A program made the translations under genes and the position numbers. DNA of 64,000 nt from Chiloscyllium plagiosum. Lineage: Eukaryota. This document shows positions 52,750 to 64,000 of this stretch, piece by piece; position 1 is the first letter of the stretch, and every line of letters begins with the position of its first letter. The notes under the pieces are model-generated. The model saw only the letters and a list, made by a program, of their open reading frames with translations. It had not been told where the DNA came from and ran no database searches. Where the stretch lies: contig NC_057728.1 of the NCBI RefSeq assembly GCF_004010195.1, forward strand, positions 50,860,048 through 50,924,047, read 5' to 3'.

Positions 52750-53335
52750 AGGCAGAGGGTGGACAGCGTGGAAACGGACCCTTCAGTCCAACTCGCCCAT
52801 GCCAACGAGATAGCCTAAATTAATCTAGCTCCATTTACCAGTATTTACATATTTCCCTCCAAACCCTTCTTATTCATGGGCCCATTCAGATCTCTTTAAC
52901 TGTTATAATTGGTTATAATTGTAAACCCCCCCCCCTTCCCTACCACCATGTCCTCTGGCAGCTCATTCTATAGAATCACCACCCACTGCATTAAAAAATC
53001 CTTAGGTCCCTTTTCAATGTTTCCCTTCTCACCTTAAACCTCTGCCCTCTAGTTTTGGATTCCCCTACTCCAGGAAAAAGACCTTGGCTATTCACCCTAT
53101 CCATGCCCCTCAGGATTTTATAAACATCTCAACCTCCGACCCTCCAGGCAAAATAGCCCCAGCCTATTCAGCCTCTCCCTATAGCTCAAACCCTCCAACC
53201 CTGGCAACATCCTTGTAAACCATTCCTGCACCTTTTCAAGTTTAACAACATCTTTCCTATAGCAGGGAGACTAGAACTGAATGCAGTATTCCAATGTAGC
53301 CTCCCCAGTGTCCTGTACAGCAACAACATGATCCT
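52750..53335 (-). mobile_element. CR1 3' fragment
   Basis: Similar to 23650-24240. Confidence 0.85.
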
Positions 53336-54490
53336 CTCTGTCACCTGTATTCAGGTTCACCACCCCAATTGAAATGCTTCACAAGATAATTAAACTCAAC
53401 GTTGCCAAGAGAAATGAGCAGTGACACCAGGCAAACCTTTGTTTCAGCTAATTATTGGCACCATCTGCTGTGGGCAGAAAGAAGCCAACTAAAATCAGCT
53501 GATTGCAAACATTTGCAACAGTTAAAGGAATGGTTGTGTTTGAAAACTCAATAACCATTGTCTTAGAGTTGAATGACCATAGAAAGGATGAAAAGCTAGG
53601 AATTATCTACATGGCAAAGGTTGAAGCAGGAGCTGGCTTGTCCTCTACATACATTTATTCACAATGTCCACAGCCACTGATATACTGAGGACCTTTCCCT
53701 TCTACAGATGACTGTGCTAACAGGTGGAAACACATTTTTGTTTTACATTTAAAAACAAAAGCTGCCCAAATGACAAAGGAGAAATTTAGGGAGCTACATC
53801 AAAGTGGTGTTGGATGGGAAAGTGATGGCCACTGTCCTGAAAAGCAGATTTGTTCTTAAATATGTGTCTGACTAACATCCAGTGATCTTAACCGCAGTTA
53901 CAGTATGCACCTCCACAAATTTGATTGACACAGGATTGGAACGTGAACAACAAGACCATTTAGCTCATTGTGTCAGTGCTGTGCAGTTTATCCTACTCCT
54001 TTGCTCTGGCTCCACAGCCCTTCAATAATTTATCCGTCTCTTTTCTTTCATTCCTGATCACACCATTTGCCGGGTAAAGGAAGCAAGTCTTCCTCACAAT
54101 GTCTCTGGTTCTTTTGCCAATTACCTTAAATCTGTCTCCTTTGGTTAGTGACTCTCCTGCTGTTCTGGAAGCTGTTTCTCCTTGTTTACTCAGCCCTTCC
54201 TGATTTTGAATGTCTCTATCAAATGACCTCTTCGCATTCTCAACTGCAAAGAGTACAAAGCAGCTATTCTATCTGCCTGGAATTCTGCATTTATGCTCCC
54301 ATTTTAGTTAATGCAGAACCTCTCTAGGTCTTGACATTATTATAATAAAGTCTGGAGTAGTGCACTGTCATTATCTAGTTCCACTATTCCCTAGTCACAA
54401 TACAAATGTAAGCATTTTACCCTAGTTACTGATATGACCAATTATCTACATTAGTTTCAGAATACAAAAATAACCTGCCATTCAGGTTTA

Positions 54491-55397
54491 GGTATGGTTA
54501 GGAAGTTTGCAGATGACACAAAAATTGGAGGTGTAGTGGACAGTAAAGAAGTAGAAGAAGCCTCAGTGTACAATGGGATCTTTATCAGATGGGCTAATGG
54601 GCTGAGGATTGGCAGACGGAGCTTAATTTAGATAAATGTGAAGTGCTGCATTTTGGAAAGACAAATCAGGACACTTAAAGGTAAGGTCCTGAGGAGTGCT
54701 GCTGAATAAAGAGACCTTTAAGTTCAGGTTCATTGTTCCTTGAAAGTGCTGTCACAGGTAGATAGGATAGTGAAGATAGGTAGGCTTTCCTTTATTGGTC
54801 AGTGCATTGAGTATAGGAGTTGAAGGTCATGTTGTGGCTGTACAGAACATTGGTTAGGCCATTTTGGAATATTGTGTGCAATTCTGGTCTCCCTCCTCTA
54901 AGAAAGATGTTGTGAAACTTGAAAGAGTTCAGAAAAGATTTACAAGGATTTTGCCAGGGTTGGACGGTTTGAGCTATAGGGAGAAGCTGACTAGGCTGGG
55001 GCTATTTTCCTGGGAGTGTCAGAGACTGACGGGGTGACCTTATAGATGTTTATAAAATCATGGAGTATGGATAGAGTAAATAGACAAAGTATTTTCCATG
55101 GAGTGGGGAGTCCAGAACTAGAGGGCATAGGTTTAGGGTGAGAGGGGAAAGGTTTAAAAGGGAACTAAAGGCAATTTTCTCATGCAAAGGGTGGTGTATG
55201 TATGGAATGAGCTGCCAGAGGAAATGGTGGAGGCTGGTACAATTATACCCATCCAGATGCCTTTTAAATGGTGTATGAATAGGAAGTGAGTAGAGAAATA
55301 TGGGCCATGTGCTGGCAAATGGGACTAGATTAATTTAGGATATCTGGTCAGCATGATTGATTTGGACCGACGGGTCTATTTCCGTTTCTATGATTCT
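54491..55397 (+). mobile_element. CR1 RT-end/3' fragment with an internal micro-inversion
   Basis: Runs from KFADDTKIGG through the 3' tail; similar to 6510-7236. Confidence 0.9.
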
Positions 55398-55934
55398 TGA
55401 ATAAACAACAGAATTAATGATTTATTATAAAAGCAACACTTATTTAACATAGATGCAAAGCTGATTAACAATTTGAAATATGAAATTAGAAATATTGTCC
55501 CTTCCAAACAACTTAAAATGTAGACACGTACACTGATTACAAACTTTCTCAGCACAGAATGACTTTAAAAAATATATTTGGCCAAATTATTGTTAATTTT
55601 TAATGAAAGAAGGGAACATTGAAATGTTCCGGATGACTTTCAATCCAGCAGGTGGAAATGCAGACTGGTGTCATGAGACACATGGTTTGTCACTTGGATC
55701 TCTTCAGAAGCAGTTCATTCATTAGGATTTGATGATTTGGAGGTGCTGGTTTTGGACTGGGGTGTACATTCAATAGAAGATATCAAGAAGGAGCCTTGCA
55801 GAAGCTTTTCAGGAGAATTGCTGCATTAGGTCTTTACCTCCTGTACTGGATTTTTGAAAGGATCTCTCTCAAGGTTAGGAAAGGCTGAGTTGCATAACTT
55901 CTCTCTTAGGATGCTACACCCAACTTGTCTTATG

Positions 55935-56590
55935 GAGTCATAGAGTAACACAGCACAGATCCTTTGGTCCAACTCATCCATGCTGACTAAGTTTCCAAAA
56001 TTGAAACTAATCCTATTTACTTGCATTTGACCCATATCCCTCTAAACCTTTCTTATTCATGTACCTATTCTGGGCAGCACAGTGGCTTAGTGGTTAGCAT
56101 TACTGCCTCACAGCACCAAGGGCCTGGGTTTGGTTCCACACTCTCTGTGTGGAGTTTGCACATTCTCTCCATGTCTGCATGAGTTTTCCCTGGTTTTCTC
56201 CCACAATCCAAAGATGTGCAGATTAGGTGGGTCGACCGTTGTAAATTGCCCATAGTGTTCATGGATGTGTAGGTTAGGTGCATTAGTCAGGGGTAAATGT
56301 AGAGGAATAGGATAGGGGAATGGGTCTGTCAGGGATGCTCTTCAGAGAGTTGGTGTGGACTTGTTGGGCCAAATGTTTCCACACTGTAGGGACTCTATGA
56401 TCTCCCACTTCTTCTGGCAGTTCATTCCACATACAAATCACCCACTGGGTGAAAAAGTTGCCCCTCAGGTCCCTTTTAAATCTTTTTCCTCCCACATTAA
56501 AAATACACCCCCTAGTTTGGAACTCCCCTATCCTAGAGAAAAGACCTTTGCTGTTCACTTTATCTATGCCCTTCTTGACATTATAAACCC
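55935..56590 (-). mobile_element. CR1 3' fragment interrupted by a SINE
   Basis: GNFFTQWVICMWNELPEEV, with the tail at 55935. Confidence 0.8.
56072..56400 (+). mobile_element. HE1-type SINE
   Basis: gggcagcacagtggcttagtggttagc...ctgtagggactctatga. Confidence 0.85.
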
Positions 56591-56635
56591 CAACATAAAG
56601 CTCAAACATCCTGAGAGATATAAACAGAGACTCCA

Positions 56636-56990
56636 GGGAGATAGTGGCAAAGTGGTCATGTCATTGGGCCAGTAATCTATTGGCCCAGGCTAATAGCTGG
56701 GGGCATGGCAGATGGTGTCGTTTAAATTGATTAATAATTATAGCATCTAAAGCTCGTCTCAGTGATAGTCATTGCTTGTTGTAACAACCCATCTGGTTTA
56801 CCAATGTCCTTCCAGAAGGAAATCTACCATCCATTCCTGGTCTGGCCTACAAGTGACTCCAGACCCACACCAATGTGGATAACTCTTAACTGCCCTCCAA
56901 AATGGCTGAGCAAGCCACTCAATTCGACATCAGTTAGGGCTGGGTAACAGACACTGGCCTTGCTGGTAACATCCACATCCCATGTATAAA
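56636..56990 (+). mobile_element. Second tRNA-like SINE family copy
   Basis: Shared core and tail ...ccacatcccatg. Confidence 0.7.
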
Positions 56991-57756
56991 TAAAGACAAA
57001 TCAAGACACATGACATTTCTGTAAAAGGTTCTACAGTCTTTAAGACTCTGGCTTTTTTAAATGTCCTTTTTTGAAAGAAGTCTAAATTTTCCTTTCATTA
57101 ATCTTTATTTTCAAAAGAACAAATCCTTGTACCTCGACAAACTGAACAAATTTTTACAATCCCATTAAACATGAGGTCCTCAAACGAATATTGCTAGTGA
57201 AAGTAACTTCATAACAAAATCCTTCCTGAGGTGTGGAGTTCAAAATTGGACTCAAGGCTCCAACCAAGGCTAAAGCTCAGCACTACATCCTTGCTTTTGT
57301 AATATATGCTTCTATTAATAAAGGTTCCCATTTGCTTTATTTCACTGCATTTTCAAATTGTCCTGCTACTATTAATGGTTTGTATTTGTGCATCCTCAGG
57401 TGTCTCTATCCTGTCTCCTCTTTAAAATTAAATGAGTTATTTTACATTGTCATTCCTCCTTCCAAGATGAATTACTTCACAGTTCTCTGTGTTCAATGTT
57501 GTCTGTTGTGCAGGCTCCCATTCCATTATTTTATCGTGAGCCAATCTGCATGATTAACTGCCCATCTATGAGCTGACTGGGGTCACTGTGAGGATCTGCT
57601 CAGCAGTGGTGAGACCTCACGCTAAGACCCACACCCAGGCCCAGGCAGGCCAAAGCCTGACCTGGAGGTGCCTATAAAGCCTCATGATCTTTTTGAGATT
57701 GCAGGCTTTCTGATTGGGCCTGGAGCTTCAGGGACATTTTTAAAACTTGGTTCACA

Positions 57757-58117
57757 AGATCTAAGGGACAACATTTTCACCCAGAGAATGGTGCATGTAT
57801 GGAATGAGCTGCCAGAGGAAGTGGCGGAGGCTGGTACAATTACAACATTTAAAAGGCATCTGGACGAGTATATGAATAGGAAGGGTTTAGAGGGATGTGG
57901 GAGAAAGTGAGGACTGTAGTTGCTGGAGATCAGAGTCAAGAGTGTGGTGCTGGAAAAGCGCAGCCAGTCAGGCAGCATCTGAGGAGCAGGAGAATCGATG
58001 TTTTGAGCATAAGCTCTTCATTTGGGTAAATGGGACTAGATTAGGTTAGGATATCTGGTTGGCTTGGACGAGTTGGTCCGAAGGGTCTGTTTCCATGCTG
58101 TACATCTCTATGACTCT
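57757..58117 (+). mobile_element. CR1 3' fragment with a Penelope-terminus insert (~57899-58022)
   Basis: FTQRMVHVWNELPEEV; the insert begins ggagaaagtgaggactg. Confidence 0.85.
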
Positions 58118-59693
58118 ACGTAGGTGTTGCTGGAAGCCATCCCTAATTGCTCAGATGCTTGTGAATGCAGAGTCAGCCTGATAAATGGCTGCCTCTCAGA
58201 TGATGTCAGGGAAAGTGTCAATCTGAGCTCAGGACTTGGAAATGAGGGAAACTCCCTCCTTATAGCCCAAAAGCAGAAGATTCTGCCCATTGCTTCATTG
58301 TGGAACAGTTCAGTACTTTGTACCAATCCATGGTTTGAAAGCTTGTACATTTTATCTCGACTTAATTGGCAAGTTTTGTTTGCACCAATAACCATGCCCC
58401 ATTGTTTCTTAGGCTGTCCCAAAATGTACAAAATCCAAACGGGACCACCAAAAGCATCAATTTTAAAAAATAGAAATTGCTGGAAAAACTCAGCAGGTCT
58501 GGCAGCATCTGTGGAGAGAAAGCAGAGTTAATGTTTCAGGTCCCGTGACCTTTGTTCACACAAAGCATCAATTTGCCTGAATAGCTGTAATTCTGGCCAA
58601 AAGCTATTCACACTAAACTTCACCACTAATGGAAAATGCCGCTATTCTAACATGTTTAATTTTTACAAATGATCTGTGACTCTAAAGGGTGAAGAAAGAA
58701 AGGATCTACCACTAGTTGATTTAAACTATACCCATTTTAAACCCCTAACTATATACACATGCGCTCACATTCAACACTGGCAGAAGACAAGTTTGATACA
58801 TGTTACGGTGGAAAGGAACAGAGCCAGGGTAAGCAAAATTCCAAAGCTCTTGGCAAATCATGAGCTTCATTATTGAAGTCCCACACTATCAGTTGGCCAA
58901 TCAGTCGCTGGGAACTCAGGCTTAGGGTTTTAAACAATGAGATGATATGTGCTTTTCTGTCATGCATCGTGGGAAAGGCAGGTGAGGGGTGCAGAGGCAA
59001 GGGCCAGGAGTGTGATGTTTAGCGAACGCTCTCTCACCTTCAATTAGACCCAGGTTGGAGCAAATTCCACCCCGACAGGCTTGTTCTCCAAGCTTCCTTG
59101 TTGGAAAATGGGGGATTCAGAGGCTACTCCTCTCCTTGTCATTCATGCCTCCTGTAGCCCCCAAAGGCAAGCAGACTTCCCCTAGTTCCTCATTTGTGAA
59201 ACTAACCACCATTATTGCAGGCCAGGGAGGCAGGAAGCAACTCAGTGACTTGAGTCAATTGTGTGGCCATTGATTGACCATTTCAGGGCCTTAACCAGTG
59301 ATGCATCAAGAGGGTTGTCCATGGACCCTGTCACCCAGAGCTTCATTGCTGAAGAGGCAGGAAGGGTGAGGCAACTACCTCATGGGACCAACACACTCAG
59401 TTAATTTCTCTCTCACCACCTTCCCAGGAAGGGAACAATTGTTGAAAAGTAAGGAGTCCACTGTCAAAGCTTGAATTCCATTAAAGAAACTGTAAGTGTG
59501 AAAAAAATGACATTATTATTGTGAGGAATAAAACAATGCAATGCAAAAAGCTCTATAGTTGGGAACTCCAGTTTGACCCATTGGTGTAAGATATGGCTAT
59601 GTTAAAGGTTGTGTAGAATGGAACTACTTTTAATACAGAGGATGCTTTCACTAAAACGATGATGGTGATAATTGTTCTGTTTTACCTTTTCAG

Positions 59694-59768
59694 TACTTTT
59701 CCCTACTCCTGCTGGTCTTCCTGACTGAGCTGGTGGCTGGAATTCTTGCTTGTGTTTACTATCAGCAG
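59694..59768 (+). CDS. TSPAN11: Tetraspanin-11-like, third coding exon (TM3); remaining exons lie right of the window
   Basis: Polypyrimidine tract plus CAG acceptor; 75 nt encoding YFSLLLLVFLTELVAGILACVYYQQ with the conserved TM3 Glu; donor CAG|GTAAGC. Confidence 0.95.
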
Positions 59769-61506
59769 GTAAGCTTGAATCTGCTTTTGCAAAATGACCC
59801 ATATTGAAAGATGAGGAGAGTGGAATGTCTCAGTGAGGAGAAGGTGGTGGAGTGATACATTAAAGCTTGCATATGCTGTACTGCAGACTATTACATCCCA
59901 GTTTAAGCCGGCAGTCACCAAACAGCAAGTCCCTTGTCAAACTTGTAGGGCCTTTATGACAATAGGTTCCAGCATTTCCCCATTGACCAATGTCAATCAA
60001 ACTGACCTACAGTTCCCGATTCCTCTCTCCCTCAGCTTGTGCTAATAGTGTTACATTTTCCAACTTTTAGTCTGATGAGAGTGTTCCCCAAGCTTGGGAA
60101 TGTTGGAAGATCCTAGCCAGCACCTCCAACTATCACGTTTCAAACTCAGGAATGAACCTTAGATCTAGGTTGGCTTTCTTGCCTGGGAGTGATTTGAGGC
60201 TCTCAAGTTGTCAATTAATGATCAAATGAGGATCTCATCCCGTGCCTGCTGGTATTCAGTCAGTAGTGAGGGGTGAGGGGTCATTGGGGGCTGTATACCA
60301 CTTGAGCATGTTGCCAGCTGTACCCTCAAACCCACCCTAACGGCTTGTTTTTGGATGGCGTTGGCTTCCTGTTTATTCAGCACGCTCTGCTAAACGTAGC
60401 CCACAGAGCAGACCCTCCCCACCCTATACAGCAACTCCCCTTGCAGCCCATACTCATAACCACACATAGCTCTTTCTTGGGCTCCCGCCAAACTTGCTGA
60501 CCCTAGGCCACCCACTGTCCCTGCAGTGGCCATGGCTTCTGATGGGACTGCAGAGATTGAAGAAGAGCAGCTGAGTCATGAATTGGTAGGTGGCTCATGG
60601 ATCCAGGCTCCTCACAGGGGCACGCTTACTGCATTATTGACAATCCCATCCAGATCTCCGGAATGGCAGCATGGTGCTAGGGATGGTGGGGCTGGGTGAT
60701 GTGCACTGATTCTCCAGCTGATGGGCCGGGCCACCATAATATGAATTACCTTTTTCCCTTTCTGTAGTGTGACTGCAGCTGCTGGATACCATCCTGTAGG
60801 TATTAACAAGGATTAGAGGACAGAATTCCAGAGATATATTTGAGTCATCATCTGTGAAGCTGTGCTCCTGAATTCAGTGCAGCAAGGTAGCACTGTAGTT
60901 TTATTCAGCTTCCCAGTTATCTGAACATTGCACTCAGTAACTATTAGATGGGGACCAGTGACTGAAGTAAAACTGATAGCATCAAAACAATGTTTTTTTT
61001 ATTTTAAACCCTTTGAAACTCTCCAATAAGAAACTCAAAGGATGAGTGAGGCTATTTCTGGACGAATACGATTGCCTTGTGAAGTTAGCGGGAATGCCGA
61101 AGGTATTAAGTGAGGACTTTGCATCTGTCTTTAATGCAGAGGCTGATGCTGCTGCCAGTCATGGAGAAAAAGAGTAGGCAGTGGCCCTGTTGGATGGGAT
61201 GAAATTAGGTGAAAGAGGAGGTGTGTGAACTGTTGGCAGGGCTCATAGTAGAAATGTCACTTGGTCCCAATGGAAAACATCCTCAGTTACAGAGGGACAT
61301 AACCGAGGAAAGTGCAGGATACAGTTCTACAATGCTTCATGAAAAATTTGAATGGAGCCAGATTACGACCCTACAAAGGGGAGAGGTGGACAATTACAAA
61401 CCTAACTTTAGAGGTAATGTGAGTCAAAAATGCTGGAGAAATTCAGCAGGTCTGGTAGCATCTGTAGAGACAGAGAGACAGAGTTAACATTTCAGGGCAA
61501 TGACTT

Positions 61507-62278
61507 TGTTACCCAAAAGCATCCTCAAACCTTTCACCCAGGTATGCTTCAACTTGTCTGTCAGACAAGGAGTCAACTCAGACTTTAATTAAACAAACTT
61601 TTATTTATTTAACACTTTAGTACCAATATTCAATATAAAACATACACTTCTTACTTTATCAAGATTAATTGCAACTTTACCTCACTTTAACTTAATTAAC
61701 ATTGAACTCCAACTTTAACTCTATAACTTTGGCTTGAAACAAATACTACCTCAATTCGAGTGAAGTTGCCAACTTTGCTGTCAGTGTAGATCTGGCCTTA
61801 TGGTTCTTTGTCTCTCTGAAGATAACTTCAGGGCACTTACTTTGCAAATGTTGGTCTCAAATGATCACTCCTGCAAAATCCTTTGTGCTGGTAACTTTTA
61901 ACCCAAAGTGTGCTCATTCTTCCAGAAACTTCTCCGACACTCAGCCAGTGAATTGACCAAACCTGATCACAATGTTCAGTCCCAACTAATGGAGTTTACT
62001 GGTAAACAACTCCCAAATGTTTATACCAAGTCGTAAACAGTCACATACCATGGTCGATATAAGGTGCCAGTTTGTCTAACAGACTAACACAAAACCTTCC
62101 ACATTTAGTCAATACAGGAAACTGCAGGTTGCAGGTTACAGGACAGGTCACAACATGTCCTGGCTGCAGTTTTAATTGAGGTCAGAGTTCAAGCTAACTT
62201 GACCAAAGTTCCCAGCATGCTTGATAAAAGCTCTTAACCAGTCTTGTAGTCACTTCTCCTGATGGCCAGCTGACCACA
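61507..62278. mobile_element. Probable solo LTR (772 bp)
   Basis: TGT...ACA termini, 5-bp flanks gactt/aactt and a minus-strand AATAAA near 61600. It splits a Penelope-type fragment (caatgactt|ttatcagaa). Confidence 0.55.
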
Positions 62279-64000
62279 AACTTTTATCAGAATTTTAGAG
62301 ATGGTATTCTGGAGCAGTATTCATTGGTAATTGGAGAAGTAATGGGTTAGTAAATTAACATTTTAATGGGATATGTTGTACAAATATCTCAGTTGGTTTA
62401 GTCGATGAAATAGTGGAGAGGTTGGATGAGTGTCACATAATTGATGTGAGTATGGACTTTCAATGGCATTTGACATAGCATGTGGATGTGACACAGGCAA
62501 GTCCAGCAATTGTTGTCTGTTCCTAATTACTATGGAACTGAATGGTTTGCCAAACCAGTGCAGAGGGCAGTGAAGAATTGATCACAGTTCTGTGACATGT
62601 TGGTCAGCGTGGGTAAAAATGGCAGATTTCCAACATCAATAATAACGTAGAGGCATTAGCAGTTGGAATTTTACCACAGCTGCAGCTGCTGTGTTCCTCC
62701 AGCACTTTCTGCTTTCATTACCTCTGGAGTCCACCTTGCAGAAAATTAAAGCCAAGTTTTAAAGCGTAATGGAAGCAGGAATACAATGTTAGCTCAGGGA
62801 GAGAAAGAAGAGTTACTTTTCAGATGGGAAATAAGTGCACAGAAACAGAGAACTCCAGGAACTCAGACGCATAAATAGTTGAAAGTCGGAAGCCAATTTG
62901 AGAGGTTTGTTTAAAAGGATATCTTAGATATTGGCTTTATCAATTGAGCCGTAGCATACAAAAGTAGAGAGGTCATACTAAATCGTTATAAAACAGTTGT
63001 AAGGCCCCAGTTGGGGTATTGCATTTGATTTTGGATACCACACATTAGGAGAGATGTCACTGCCTTAGAATGGATGCATGTTGCGATCCCAGACCATAAT
63101 ACCAAATTATGTTTCAGAGAAACATAGAAGCTAGCAGCAGGAGTCAGCCATTTAACGCTTTGAGGCTGCTCTGCCTTTCAGTGTTACCATGGCTGATCAT
63201 CTATCTCAATACCATTTTCCTGCTTTCTCCCCAGACACCTTGATGTGATCAAAATATAGAGACTTGTTAGTGTCTTTCTTGAATATACTCAGTGATGTGA
63301 TTCTGCACAGGCTTCTGTGGTAGAGAATTCCATAAGTTGATCACCCTCTGGGTGAAGAAATGTTTCCTCATCTCAGTCCTCAAGGGTCTATCATGTATCC
63401 TCGGGCTTGGGGAAAACACCCTCCCTGAATCTCATCTGAACCACCCTGTTAGAATTGTATACGTTTCAATCAGATTCCCTCACATTCTTCTAAGCTCTAG
63501 TCAATACAGACACATTTGAACCAATCTCTCCTCATAGGACTGTCCAGCCTTCCCCAGTATCAGTAAAGTGAACCTCCACTACATTCCCATCTTGACATGT
63601 GTATCTTTTTTTTGTCTGACATAGACTTTAAGATCTGGATGTTTTTCTAACCTTTTGGTTTTCTTTTTCTGCTGTATTGGTTTTGAGATTCTGGGTTTGT
63701 AACCAAGATGGCTCTGGAAAATAGCAACTTTGTACACTTTTTACTGTACTCATGTATTACTACACTTTAATTATATGTTACAATAAAAATCTAATTATTC
63801 TAATTCTTCAGTAGGGAAAGCAAAATAATCTGGTTATGGATCAGTAATCTTTATTTTTAAGGTAGGAAATGTGTGAGAACCAGGGGACTTGGACAATAAA
63901 GCCACACAATTCCATGGTTTTGAATTAGCTGCAACATTTTTTAATGTACCAGTTAGAAAAGTAACACAGTCTACAATAAATGTACAACTTATTTCTAATA

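Noticed and set aside
1629..56400. tRNA-like A/B boxes as tRNA genes
   Set aside because: They are SINE heads followed by SINE cores and LINE-like tails.
58870..60770. GC-richer patches flanking the third TSPAN11 exon as extra exons or regulatory elements
   Set aside because: No tetraspanin frame or clear splice signals; they look like old decayed repeats that I cannot classify.

Overview
Repeat-dense vertebrate genomic DNA. The HE1-type tRNA SINEs, CR1 LINEs and Penelope-derived repeats suggest a shark or other elasmobranch (inference). It is not prokaryotic, and nearly all supplied ORFs are transposon remnants or chance. Two real genes are arranged head-to-head. (1) The first coding exon of PRMT8 lies on the minus strand (326-255, MGTKHSSRCLLRRAARITESDSAE, N-myristoylation motif) inside a CpG island; the rest of the gene lies left of the window. 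(2) Three coding exons of a TSPAN11-like tetraspanin lie on the plus strand (36471-36560, 43889-44080, 59694-59768, all phase 0); the gene continues right of the window. The rest is mostly nested mobile elements. Notable structures: a 131/132-bp tandem duplication of the PRMT8 exon-1 splice donor, a CR1 with twin-priming-like 5' inversion geometry, Penelope termini carrying minimal hammerhead-ribozyme cores and often inserted as fold-back hairpins with TSDs, a head-to-head SINE palindrome, a 97-bp near-perfect palindrome, and a probable solo LTR. I found no convincing wholly new biological system. Repeat boundaries are approximate, and gene and family names come from my recall of homologues, not a database search.
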